Shown: piece by piece, positions 1 through 14,262 of the stretch
Numbering within the stretch: position 1 is the stretch's first letter
Layout: the number at the start of each line of letters is the position of its first letter
From: Chrysomallon squamiferum
Taxonomy: Eukaryota; Animalia; Mollusca
Assembly (NCBI GenBank): GCA_012295275.1
Contig: CM022671.1
Span: forward strand, 35,588,001-35,652,000
DNA length: 64,000 nucleotides
Reading direction: 5' to 3'
Position numbers and translations under genes: made by a program
The notes under the pieces: generated by a model
What the model was told of the DNA's origin: nothing
Database searches by the model: none
The model's input: only the letters and a program-made list of their open reading frames with translations

Positions 1-133
1 TTCTAAATACAAATGGCTTCAGATATTTGTTAAAGACACATACTTGCATTCTTTCACATCATTCATTCATTCATTTATTCATTTATTCATTTACACTCTC
101 TAATGGCATAAATTTTTTTTTTTTTTTTTCCAG

Positions 134-1730
134 GCAACCAAGACATTTTCAGCTCGAATCTTCCAGACGTGGGTAAAAGATTGTCTCACACAGAATCCAT
201 TTGGAGTGTCGGCCTGCATTGCTACTGGTGTCAGACTGTCTTGGCCATTTGCAGGTAGAGAGAAATATCAGTTACTTGTAGTTCTGTACTGTCAGAGATA
301 CCAGTTTCTTATTCCTTTCTGTGTGAGAACGTCCAGGCTTGTTTTTTATCATTGTTTTGAAATGGTATATATGTTTAAATAGACAAATATACTGATATTT
401 AATCAGTGGAATAAGAAATACAAAGTCTGTTGCCAGTATCAAGCAGTAATTCAATTTATTACTAAGGAGCTGGTTGGTTAGACAGACTGAGAGATCCCAA
501 GATAAAACCATTTGAGAGATATTTTATATAAAATGAAAATAAATTGCTTATTTCATGTTTCTTTTTGTCATTTTTAGTACATTTATTATTTAAAAAAACT
601 ACATATATTTATTATTATATTTTTACAGTTAATTTTGATAATTTATTGACTGATAAAATTACTTCTTTAATAGTTAGATTGTAAAAAAACATTTAAATAA
701 ATTTGTAGGTGATGAGTCTAAGACTGAGATAAGCTCTACTAAACGAGGAAAAATAGCAACGAATGCAAACATTGTACCAAAAGCCAACATCAAAGGGTAA
801 GCAATATCATCATTATTATGTTATGATTATAATTTTGGTAACCAGGAGAAGAAAACATTCATCAGTTTACGTAGGATTTTTTATTTAATGCTCTGAATAA
901 CCTCACAGACATCTGTGAAAATTTAAATGTATATTGAATAAAAGATTTAGTGATACTGAATATTTTTCAGAGGAGTTTGATAGGAGTGCACTTTTAACAC
1001 TACTTGTTCTGAAGTTTGTAGTTTAGCTGTTTTATTTTTGAATTTTAAAAAAAAAGTTTATATTTCTATTTCAGTAACAAGATGATTATAATGAGTCAAG
1101 TTGGCAAGCAGACAGTAGCACGGGTGAGCATGTCAAATGTAAAGAAATAAATAATAAAAGAAGTACAGAAGTTAACATTAAATTACAAACTGCTTGTGTT
1201 TGTGTGTGTGTCTCAGTGTATGTATGTGAGTGTGTGTGTGTGTAATATTAATATATAAATTTAATTGTAATTTATACAGATACATCAAGAAAATAAGTAA
1301 TTTTAAGTTTGACATGTAATAAGAGTTAATATTGGATGAGATGTTATTAAACAAATAAACTATTGTTTGTTTGTTTGTTTGTTTGTTTGTTTATTTACTG
1401 GTTTGTTTATTTATTTCAGAGTTCTGGCACTCTAGAAATGAGTTGTGTAAAGATACACAGGTGTCACTACTCCTTTCTCTACCTGTTATCTCCTCTCAGG
1501 TAACTTCGTAATTTTATTATTTATTTTTAAAATATTCTATTTATTCTTATTTATTAATTAATTTTTTTTATTATTTTATTTTATTTTTTTTGTGAGAGCT
1601 CTTTTTTTTTTCTTTTTTTTTAGTTTTGTTTTAGTTTTATTATTTTTATTTATATATTTATTTTTTTTTTTTTTTTTCATTTCATTTCATTCATTTATTT
1701 ATTTATTTTTTTTTTTTAATTTTATTTCAT

Positions 1731-1765
<35 letters not shown>

Positions 1766-4575
1766 TTTTTTTTTTTTTTTTATTTCAGGTCTGTGACAAT
1801 AGATAAATGTAGGTATTCTACTGTTGTGTTGGGTCCTGTTGAGACGTGTGTACATCTGAGTAACTGTGAGAATGTGACACTGATCACCTGTTGTAGAAAC
1901 GTCATGGTCAGGTACATTGTTTTTCCCATTCAAACCAGTGTCTAAAACCTCTTGTCTCCAAAGCATGATAATTTCTTTATTCTGAAAATTGTTAATATCT
2001 AACATTTGTAGTAATAATTATAATATTACTGCTGCTTTTAATATTAATTACATTTTTACCAGTTTAATCAGTGTTATTGTCTTACTGGATCTTTCATGGT
2101 TGTTATTATTGCTTGAATATTTACTGTATATATTATTATCATTATTTTATTAATTATATATTTAATTTTTTTAATGAAAAACTCTGGACTCTTGTTTTGC
2201 TCTTTGAATGATATAATTTTTTATAACATTTTTGTTAATTGTTATTTTTAGTTTTTCTTTCTTTATTTATTTTTCAGTGGTTGTACATTGTGTACATTGC
2301 ATCTGTTGACTCCATCACGTCCGCTCCTACTGAGTGGTAATGACTCCCTGTTACTAGCCCCATACCACACCCACTACCCCCTGCTAGAAGAACACATGGC
2401 CAGGGTGGGGATCAGTGCAGCCCTCAACATGTGGGATCAGCCACTCTGTGTGGGTAGGTGATGTCTTTCGATTTCTTTACTCAAACTGTTTTATTTTATA
2501 TTTTATTTTATTTTATTTTATTTTATTTTATTTATAATTTATTTATTTTTTATTTTTTGTTTATTTTTTTAAAAATATTATTTCTTTCTTTTTTTTAGTT
2601 ATTATTGTTATTGTTTGTTTGTTTGTTTTGTATTTTTTTGTATTTATTATTTAATCTTGATATTTTATATTGTTTGTTTATTGTTTAGTATTCCAATTCA
2701 TTTGACATATTTTCCTAAATTTTTTCATTACACAATTTCTGAATTTTTTCATGTTAAATTTTTTCATTTCTTATATTCTTTTCTACTTTAATTTAGATAT
2801 AATTTGCGCTTTTTGATTTTTTATATTTAGATAAACAACCATATAATTACCTTTTATTTTTTCTTTCTTACTTTGTATGTATTTAAAAAAAAAAAAAATT
2901 AAAAAAAACGACAAAACTTTGTATGTTTATTGTTGTTTTTTCAGTGTAGATAAATTCCATTTTCGTCCAGAAATACAATTTTTAATGTGTTCTCTTTATT
3001 ATGAATAATTTCTATTTTTAATATTTTTTTATTAAAATAATCAGTGCATCCAGTAATTTTATTTTCATTTCATAAGTATTTAAAAAATATATGAATCTTT
3101 TCTTTGTGATAAAACTGAGATTTGAGAGGAAGCAAATGTTTGGTAAGAAGTCTCAGAAAATGTAGAAATGTTTCTGTATGGGAAGGTTAAGGTGTAAATC
3201 TAATGATGAGTTACAAGTAACACTTGAATTGTACACGCAGGTCCTGATCATCGAGATGAGACACCTGTGTGGGAGTTGCTTGCTGTTCAAGATTTCTTCA
3301 CTTTCGTCATTCCCTTTGAGATGTCAGGACCTACAAAAGTAGGCTCAGTTTGTTCTTATTTTTTTCTCTTTTTTATACGTATTTGTCCATGTCATCCATT
3401 AATTAATATAGTAAAGTCCCAAATGAAGATATATATAACAAGTAAAATAAAATCTTTTATAAAAACGATCAGAATGTTGTAGCCGTTGTTTTTAGTTCTT
3501 ATCTTTAATTTTTATATGAAGGATTTTTCAATTAATTTTTTTTTCTTTTTTTTCTGGTATATGTTTATGGGTTTGATATCTATTTTTTATTTATTTTTTA
3601 AATAACATTTTAAAAATAAATTATTTTAAATTTGAATTTCTCTGATTAGTGTAACAAAAATAGTTTATAACTTGTATTTCAGACAAATTTTCCAAGTTAT
3701 ATCTATTTTCAGTGTTAATGGTTTGTTCTAATAAAATACAGTGTTATAAATCTGAACTGAGATATCTGCTAGTTAAATTCGTGAGATGTGTGTTGTGTTT
3801 CTCACAGACTATACCTGGTGGCCTGCCCAGTCGGTACCAGCGAGCAGTGACACAGAGACAGAAGACAATAGATCGGTGGCAGAGAATGGTGAAAGACGCA
3901 GGTCTGAGTCATGATCAGAGGAATGAATTTCAGAGTCTTGTTGAGATGAGATTTCACGTAAGTCACTATTTCAGTGTCAAATTAAAAATTATTGGGGTTA
4001 ATAATAAAATGTATATCCACATATTAAAAACCTCTTACAGATGCAGAAAGACAAATGTCAGGTTAGCAAGTAAAATTGTTTAAAATATTTTTTATCATTT
4101 TTAATCGGACATCAACATGACTCAAGTGTAATTCCTCCTAGATGTTCTTTGTACTTCTTCCTCTTCTCAGTTTGCACCTAGTTGCTCCTTTAAGTTGTAT
4201 TTACAGATTTGTGTGTTTAACACCTAGTAACAGTTAATATTATTTTATTTACATATCTGTACATTTAACACCTAGTAACAGTTAATATTATTTTATTTAC
4301 ATATCTGTACATTTAACACCTAGTAACAGTTAATATTATTTTATTTACAGATCTGTACATTTAACACCTAGTAACAATCAATTTTATTTTATTTACAGAT
4401 CTGTACATTTAACACCTAGTAACAATCAATTTTATTTTATTTACAGATCTGTACATTTAACACCTAGTAACAGTTAATTTTATTTTATTTACAGATCTGG
4501 TTGTCAGAAAGTGGACACAAACGGGAAGTCGACACTCTCGTTATTCCTCTTCAGTCTTCCAGTGCCAGGCAGTGA
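134..4575 (+). CDS. TBCCD1: TBCC domain-containing protein 1, 3' part (5' exons lie upstream of the window)
   Basis: GT-AG exons with consistent phases: 134-254, 709-796, 1075-1123, 1420-1499, 1789-1911, 2278-2453, 3241-3338, 3808-3957, 4495-4575 (TGA). Translation includes WVKDCLTQNPFGVSACI, KIHRCHYSFLYLLSPLRSVTIDKC, LTPSRPLLLSGN, APYHTHYPLLEEHMAR, FVIPFEMSG, IPGGLPSRYQRA. These match vertebrate TBCCD1 motifs as I recall them. Confidence 0.93.
4199..4499 (+). repeat. 48-bp tandem repeat (about 6 copies) containing the 3' splice site of the last TBCCD1 exon
   Basis: Unit TTAACACCTAGTAACAGTTAATATTATTTTATTTACA(G/T)ATCTGTACAT. CACCTAG recurs at 4221, 4269, 4317 and onward at 48-nt spacing. The last copy runs into the exon at 4495. 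Confidence 0.95.
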
Positions 4576-6580
4576 CAAGATTTGTAAATTGTTGCCTTAA
4601 AATGTTCCCAGACACACCAACTGACTGAATCAGTGGAAATACTATACTTTTATCTTGAAAATGGTCAACAAAAATATTTATTAGTTGTTAAATTTGTTAC
4701 TGAAACTTTGGAAAGCATTTAATATCCTGTGTTCTGAATCCTGTTTAGCTCGTGTTTTAATATTTTATTTTCCGATTATTTTACGAATTAAAACATTCCT
4801 GTTAGATAAAAGAGGTGTAAATAAAATGCTATTGCTAGTCCGTCCATTTATTTTATTTATTTGTTGACAAATTTTGTAATAAAAAAAGATTTATTAACTT
4901 TTCTATATCTTAGTTTTTGTTTATCTTTAATATATCTTACACTTTATTTATTTATTTTTTATTATTTATCTTTTCATAACTACTGGTATGTTTTGACTTG
5001 TGATAAAGCTCTTAGATGAGGACTTCATTCAAAATAATTATGTGTAGTTAAACCATATTCATGGCAGTAAATACATCTAGCACAAATATATTTTCTTGTA
5101 TAGATGTTAGTGGTTACTTATTTAGCACCCAACCTCTGCTAATAATAAAGCATTACAGTAACACAATATCAGTAAATCACCTTTTCTTTTTCTTTTGTAG
5201 TTTTAGCTTTAAAAGTTATAAACAAATTAAATTTTTCTAAGAACAAAAGCTCATTAAATTTAGTAGAAATGAACAGATTAAGCCATATATAACCATAAAA
5301 ATTAAATTTAATTGTTCAACAAAGTTTAATTCATGCTTGGTTTAAAGATACAAAACTTAGTAAAGTTATCTTTTTACATTTTATTCACAGCTTGTTTTGT
5401 TGATAACCTGATTAAGAAAGATTTTAAAGATGAAACAAATACTGACAGGTAATAAAGGTTGTGGAAATTTTTTCAAACAAAACAAAAGTGTTTCCAAAAA
5501 TCTTTATTAGAAATTTAATAAGAATATATATTCTGTACAGCTAAACAAGATAAAATAAAACAACAAAGATTACTGTGGATTAGCTTTCTGTTCAGTTACC
5601 TCTCCCTCAAACATGATACATTTAAATGCACACAATTAATTCAACATTTCAAACACTTAGCAACAACCTTGGAATATTTTCTGCTGACTTCAACCCATGT
5701 AGTAAAAATAGTGTTCGTCATTTGTTAAATTTTGCTGTTTCAGTATTCTAACTGATACAGCCACTTCAGATCTCAGACTGGTGATCCAAGTACATAATAC
5801 AATTTGTTGCAGTGGTCAGATTTCGTTTTGAATTTTACTTCATACAAAAAATCAGTCAGTGTAAATTTTGGTTGATGATGCATAATATTCAACTGTAATT
5901 TTTAAAAACTGAAATGATTATAGGTAACAGGGAAAAAATCTTTACATTACAAACATTCTTTTATTTTGAATAAATCGGTGGTTTTCTTTAATTTTGAGAA
6001 AATATTATGTTTGTATATGATAAACTGTATTTACTCCATTCAGTTTTGATTTCAGTGGTTTAGAAACTGTTCTAAGAATATATATATAAATTTTAACATA
6101 TAAATAAAACAAAAATATTAGCCAAACAACTTAAAATATGCACTGTAAAAATGTAAATAGAAATTAAATGCAAAAGGTAGATAATTATATCATGAATACT
6201 GAATATAAACTTATATATGGATAGTACCCTTAAAATTCATGAAAAAGTATTGCAACAAAATATCTTATTTTATCAATAAGCAAATACAATGTGGTGAATT
6301 TAAATTTGCCTTATTTTGACATCAACAATAAAATACAGCAAAATCATCTACTGACAGTACTGGGTACAATAATTTCTGTTCTCCTGATTCACTGATACAA
6401 TTCTGTCAGCTGATCAAGTCCAAAGTTTAAGATTTTAATCCTATGATTTATCTTTCTAATTATCTCATTTTATGCGTAGTGTGACTACATTAAAAAAATA
6501 AAAACAAAAGAAAACAGAAAATAAAACCAACAAAGAAAACACTTCATTTGTCAATGACACTAAACTGAGTAATCTAAAAT

Positions 6581-6614
<34 letters not shown>

Positions 6615-6851
6615 CTTCTAACAATAAGCATCTTCAAATATATTATTTTTTGCACCTTGTACCATGATCTACAGAGTGAAACAAAAACAAACAAAAAACA
6701 TAGAGTAAAACTACATCTAGCTAACAACAAACAGGCTATTTCTCTTTGCCTTTGTGATAAAGTATCCAGATTATTAATAAATCTTTTAAACAAACACAAT
6801 CTTGTCTTTCTCTTCAATAAAAATTTTGTGCTGTGAGTATCAAGCTGCAGA

Positions 6852-8893
6852 CTATAATCTGCTCACCCATGATTTTGGATCATCTCTGGAATGTAAGAAA
6901 TTCAAAATTTATATTAGTGTATTTCTGAAAAAGAAAAAACTTAAAGAAATGCAAAAATATTAATTAGGAAGAAATTAAACAAGATATACATGAATAATGT
7001 GTTACAGTATTTAATGTTAAATTAAAAAATTAACTGCTGTAACTATTTCTTTTCTTAAACATTTATTATCAACTTACTTGATTTCTGATTTCTTAATAAC
7101 TTGTTCCTTATTCATCAGCTCTGCAGCCTGGGATACCAGAGGATCCATTCCCATCGTTGCCACAGCAACAACATTATCTCCCCTGTTAGAAAATAATAAA
7201 TTAAATGTTGTTGTTTCTTTGACTTTCTTCTTTTAACAGCATTAATACAGTTATAAATTTGTTTTACAGTGATAATCACCCCTCCCCACCAAAATGATTT
7301 TTAAATTTGAAAGAAAAAAAATAAACACTGCTGACAAAATGAATAAATAACCCCCAAAATTAATAATATCATAATTAATCATTTATTTTCATAATCACTA
7401 AAATGAAAGAAAAGTATACATTTACAGTCTGTAACTTTTTCAGATCTTTATATTTGCATTTAATTTTTAGATTGTTTATATAAGATGTTTTACTTAACAT
7501 TAAATGAGAAACAGATAAAACATATTACAAATTATCTTTATATGTTATAAAATAATTTAATAGTTTGTTTTTAGACATTTTTTTAAAATTATTTTTCTTC
7601 ATCTAGTCCTATTTTTCAATGTATGACAATAAAAATAATGATGTGTAAATGACAAACTTTGTGTAAAAAGCAGCAAACTTGAAAGCATCCAGATCTCCAT
7701 GAATAACAACATCGTCAAAACCTGCACCATACCCTGAAATAAATAAAAATATAAAATATATAAAAGAAATGTATATATATAAATAAATAAATACATGTAA
7801 ATGAACAAATTAAAAAGTAAATAAACTAACTAATGAATTAAAAAAACAGACAATAGTTCTAATAATAATAATAATGTTAAATAATCATATTTAATAATTA
7901 ATAAATAAATAAATATATAATGTTTAATAATAACAACAATAATAATAATATTTCGTCTAAAACAATTTAACACATTACCTGCATAACGTATACTTTTTCC
8001 ATACTGCTGAGTCCAGAAATAAGGCACACTGTGCAGTTCACACTTTTTACCTGCCATGTTGAATGCTGCAACACGACCTGTAAAATAAAACTCAGTCAGT
8101 GAACATTATGAAAAATACTAGATACCTAAGTGTAGTAAATTAATCAAAAGACAAAAACTTTAGATTTATTTAACTTAACAACGAGTAGCAAGAAATAATG
8201 TGATTTTGATGTAAAATTATTTTGTGTAACAATAACACTTTTATAATAAACAGTTTAAAAAAAATATAGATAGATGGATAGATAGATAGCTAGAAATCAG
8301 AAAGATAGATAATGATATAAACAGTTTAAAAAAAATATAGATAGATGGATAGATAGATAGATAGAAATCAGAAAGATAGATAATGATAGAAATAAATAGA
8401 TCAAATAAAATAAATAAATAAATTAAATATACATTCAAATAAATAAATAAACAAACAGAAATCAATAATTAAAATAAAACAAATAAATAAATAAAAATAA
8501 ATAAAACAAACAAAAAAATAAATAATAAACAAATAAAAGAATAAATAAAAAAGCAAGTAAACACCATAAAACAAATAAACAAATATATAAATAACAGTAT
8601 TATTCAATCATCCATTCTGAAAAGTCTCTCACCATGTTGATGTGCCATCTGCCAGTGTTGTACGTTTGAAGCTGAGTTTCCAGTGATAAAGAGAGGAAAC
8701 TCTACAATGTCACCAGCAGCAAACACACCCGACACATTTGTTTTCAAACTCTGAAACCAGAAAATTTAAATTACAATTAATACTTACAGCAACATTCTGT
8801 CAGTTTCTTAAAGGCAGTTTTAAATAATATTTTTTTTTTTTAATTTTTTTTTTATTTATATTTTCAAAAATTATTTTATTATTATTATTATTA

Positions 8894-8979
<86 letters not shown>

Positions 8980-9276
8980 ATTTTTTGGATGATAATGAAA
9001 ATTATGTTTTACCTTGTCTACAGTAACAAATCCTCGAGAAGTCAAATTTATTCCTGAGTCTTTGAGAAAATCTGTTGATGGGACAACTCCTACAAACAAA
9101 TTATAAAATTTAAAATATCTGTTAATGTAACTTACTACAACATAGACAGAAAATAATTTATAAAGATAAATAAGCATACAAATAAATTTAATATTGTTAC
9201 TAGTAATGGTATCAATAGTTATAACATTATTTTATATTTTCTTTTAATTATTATTATTATATGATTATTATTGTTT

Positions 9277-9319
<43 letters not shown>

Positions 9320-9603
9320 TGTTGCTTTTTTGCAGTTCTGTTTTGCAAATTGTTTTTTAAACTGAAAGAGTATCCATTGATTACTGATCTTTGCCAACTA
9401 AAAATGTAAAAAATAAAAATGTACAAAAACAAAGATATAAAACTTACCTGTTCCAAGAATACAGATATCTGCAGGAAGTTTTGTTCCATCGTTCAGAATC
9501 ACTTCTTTCACTTTGCCATTCTCACCAACAAACTCCTTGATACTGTTTTCAAAATAAAACTTGACACCTTTCTCTTCATGCATCTTTAAAAATAAATAAA
9601 TAA

Positions 9604-9702
<99 letters not shown>

Positions 9703-12700
9703 AATTTCTATAAATTGTAATTTAAATTATAAAACAAATTTACTTATTTTGTTTTTATCTTTATTAATTGATTAATTATTATTAGATAATCTTTAAACTT
9801 TAGATATATATATATATATATATAAATATAATTATTTTTAACATTTTAAGTGGATAAAATCTTGTTTAAAATATTTTACAGAAACATTTACATTAAAAGA
9901 GAGAAGAAAGAAAAATCCCTGCAAAACAAACTATATGGTCTTTTGTTTTTTGACTTCATAATTTTTATTATTTTTTTTTTTATTATTTGAACAAGAACAG
10001 TGCATACAAATTATAAATTTTAAAACCAACACCAAACACCACAACATTTTCTGAGACAAAAATTAACTGTATTAGAATAATGAAAAAATACAGTGAACCC
10101 TTCAGACTCAGTGAACCAAGACAAGGTGGTCATTCCCACTGGACACTGTTGGAACATCAACATTAAAGTATAATAATACTGACCAATCGGACTTCAGAGT
10201 TCAATGACTCAAGAATAATAGTTAATATATAATACAATTTAATCATAAAAGAGTAACATTTTTCACAATAGTAAAAGATAAATTAAACTAAAGTATTTTT
10301 ATTTTTTTCCCAGCTTCTGACATTAGTTTTCAGTGTTTGTTATGTCTCTGCATCAGGTTTAGACTAATGTAGACTATTTTCTCTGTATTTTTACACAGTT
10401 TTTGTTTTATCATTAAGGCCAGTGTTACTTTTGCACACTGTCATTCTGTTAACAGATGGGTTCTCTGTATTTAAAAAAATTCTAATGCTCAATCATAAAG
10501 CCATTTCCAAGCATGAGTAAAACAAATATCTTTGACTATGCACAAAAGAAAATAAAGAAAAATATTTTAAATTATATTTCATCCTAAGTAGCTTACACTA
10601 CTGGAATAGGAATGTGGGTTTAATAAAAAATAAAAAAAAATAAAAAACAAACCCAGAATTACAAAAGTAAATGTAAAATAATTAATACAATTAGTAAAAT
10701 GAAATTTTAGTATCCAAGAAAAATGCAACCATTAATTTCATTAAAAAAAAGAAAGAAAATAATAATAAATAAAAAAATATACACACAAATAATTTGTAAA
10801 AATAAAACAATGTGTTAAATATTAAGATAATAATAATAATTCTTTATTCTTGTAAACAAAAAGTACTTAAACAAATTAACAAAATAATGCATATATCACT
10901 TTTTTAATAACAGAAAATATATGCTTAAAACCAAAAATATCCATACTGAAATACAAAAACTACTTATTTCTCAAATTATTAAAACTACAGAAATATCACC
11001 TACTTATAAACTAAAAATATGTACAAAACTATACTTTTACTACATTCTAATAAACAAAAAATATGTACAAAACTATACAAATACTACTTTCTAATAAACA
11101 AAACATATGTACAACACAATACATATACTACTTTCTTATAAATTAAAAATATTTACAAAACTACAGAAACAATACTTTCTTATAAATTTAAAATATGTAT
11201 AGAACTATACAAATACTACTTTCTTATAAACTAAAAAAAATGTATAAAACTTCAGAAATGCTTCTTTCTTATAAACTAAAAACATGTATAAAACTACAGA
11301 AATACTACCTTCTTATAAACTGCTCCAATTTGTTTACCAAGAACAAGTTGCAGTGGAACAGAACTTCGGCCAATCACTGTGATGCTGTTTGCTTTTGCAT
11401 TTGTCATGAATGCAGCCACCTCAAGTCCTGTTTTTGAACATTTCATACTTGTACACCAGTGTTTTAATATACGTTATATAAACTACAATTCTTATCTAAG
11501 TCTAACAAAAAAAAAAGAAGTAGAAATAAAAATAATAATAAAAAAAATAAAGAAAGAAAAAAAAAGCATGAAAAAGAATGGATGTTTCTTCATAAAATAA
11601 CATGTTTTATTGTAGCCCACAGAGGGCATTTTGTCACTGACAGTTCTGTCAAAACCTTTTTCTTCTATTATAATAAGGGAATTTTGTACAGCAGAACTGT
11701 AACAAAAATATCACATAAAATTGACAAAAAGTCTTCTGACTTTGCAGTCAATTTTTTAATTTTTTTTTTTTTTTTTTTTTTTTATATCATCATCATCATC
11801 ATCATTATTTTACATTATCTTTCTGACAATTATTTGATTTTTCAACACCCAGTTCCTCCATTCCAGTAGTGGCTCCAAATGTTATCTCAATTCAAAGATA
11901 TTCTTTTCACCTTTTTTTTTATTTCTCTTTGGACATATTATAATATAATCTTACTTTATTATCTTCATAAATTGGTTTTCAACAAAATAATTATTCAGAA
12001 GTCTAGAAAATAATTAAGTAATTTACTGATATTATTTCAAAACTATTAAAATTATTTTTCTTTATTTCTCTGTTTTGAAAAATTTATGTAGATGATATAA
12101 GTATTTCTAAACTTTAGTAAAATGAAAATAATTTTAATGAGTTGTACGCTAATGAAATTTATTATTAATGGTGATGAGTTTTAAAATAATCATAAACAAC
12201 AGGTCTCTCACTGTGGACACTAATTAGATGCAGTACAGATGTGTTAATATAGAAGCAGGGGTAGTATGTTGTTACTGGTTTCAAACCTGGAACAGCTACA
12301 ACAATGTCAAAAGCAAATGTTCTCATTCTAATTCATTTTACATTTCTCAGTGATCTAAAATATCACTTGAATAATTATTTATTTATTTATTGTGATCTTG
12401 TAACTAAATTATTTATATTTATTTTGACTTTGTGTGAAACTGAAAATTTAAATTTACTGAATTAGACTGAGAATGAAATAAGGTAATCTTAACCCTTAGA
12501 GTTATATGTACAATATCAACATTCAAACAAAACATGTTAGTAAAGTTAATATCAAGACAAGAAATATCAAACAAACATTGCAGGCTGTGAACAGCAAATA
12601 TCAGACAACAAAATAATAATTATAGCTTCAAAGTCAGAGTCAAGGTAATGAAAAAAAAAAGAAAATGATGAAATCACCTTGCGCAGAGCAGAGCCTACTT

Positions 12701-14219
12701 TGTCTCCCAAGACAAGTTGGAATGGGATTTTGATAAGGTCAATGACCGATACACTAAGAGCTTTGCCAGCCAAAAATGAAGCCACTTCCATTCCTGAGAA
12801 AAACATTTTTTTTAAATGAATGAATAATGAATAACAATGGAATAAATGAATAAATAAATAATGAAAGGAAAAATAAATAATCACTGGATGAATGAATTAA
12901 TGAATAAAAGAATGAGTAATGAGTAAATGAGTGACTAAATATCTCAACAAAATTTTAATATAGCAGGTTTTTATTAATAGAGATGATATGAGAGATGAAG
13001 TCTACAACCACTATCCCACAGGATGAAAGGTATGTTTCTGTCACACGTTTGTGAAATTAAAACTTTGAATCAGAATAGTAGCATCCTCTGATAACCAAAG
13101 AGCTTTCTTAATATTGATTAATAACCTTCTACTAAACTACAGTTCAACACACCAAATAGCAAGCAAAATAACTAAATAGTTAAGGATGACAGAATGAACA
13201 TTTATAGGATACAAAACTAAGCTAATATAAAAGGAAAATACTGTAGGATAATAAAAGAACTAAGAGATACAAATTAATATACAAAGAAAGTAAAAGTAAT
13301 ATTAGAGATAATTGAATCTGTATTTAAGAGAATGTGAAAGCAATTCTGTATTTTATGAAGACATTGTGATTCAAATTAACAAAATCTAGATGGAGTGCTA
13401 GCTCAACACAAGAGGTAAATTAAGCTCATTGTAAATATCTTGGGCTAAAATTGTGAACAAACACAAATAAAACAAAATCAGAAAGCGAAATTACTACAGT
13501 AAGCCGAATTCCTTTGAATCAGCTACAACTATGGTGTAACAAACCAAATATTTTGTTTGCTACAAAATTAACAAAAATCTGATATTACGTATTTTAACTG
13601 ATAAAATGAATGCAGAAGGATGTTAACACTTGTTTGATCTCAACGGTGAATTGATACCTGTATTAAATCTGATTTGAAATGTAAACATACCTATGAATGA
13701 TGAGCCAAGAATGACGACATTTTTGCCTGCAGCCTCATTTCCAATCTTGTTGGCATCAGAGGGTGTCCTCAATTGACACACATTCTCTAGATCTATTCCA
13801 GGAATTGGTAGAATTCTTGGTCTGTAAGTAACAAAGAAGACTTAGAAACTTTTTCTTTTCACTTTGAAAAATGAAAAGATTAATATCTGCTTTGTCATAT
13901 CTTTATATATTTTCATATCTAACATAATCAAGTATTTTTATCTCTTTTTCTACTACATTCTTTTGCTGTATATTTGATTGTAATGTGCCCCTTTTTCCAA
14001 TATGCATGACTGAATGAATGAATGAATGAATGTTTAATGACACCCACATTACCAATATGCAGTCAAACAGCAGAATATCAGGTTGAAAGATGAATCACAT
14101 ACATATGGACTCTGAACAGAGTATATGTAGCTGAATTTACATTAAATATTTCACTTTTGTTTAATACTCAAGATCCTAACTTTTCTATATTTTTTCTTCT
14201 CCTATGCATGCTGTTTGTT

Positions 14220-14262
<43 letters not shown>

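Noticed and set aside
8246-8390. Tandem duplication of about 70 bp in an AIFM3 intron, and a similar short duplication at about 63163-63247
   Set aside because: Ordinary two-copy slippage in AT-rich intron sequence, with no functional signal.
10090-10210. Possible third copy of the AIFM3 alternative exon
   Set aside because: Only a short CTTGTCTTGG match, with an in-frame stop and no EVA motif or suitable splice sites.
11195-11869. Plus-strand ORFs inside the AIFM3 intron
   Set aside because: Low-complexity sequence or antisense to exon B; the real coding signal is on the minus strand at 11427-11309.
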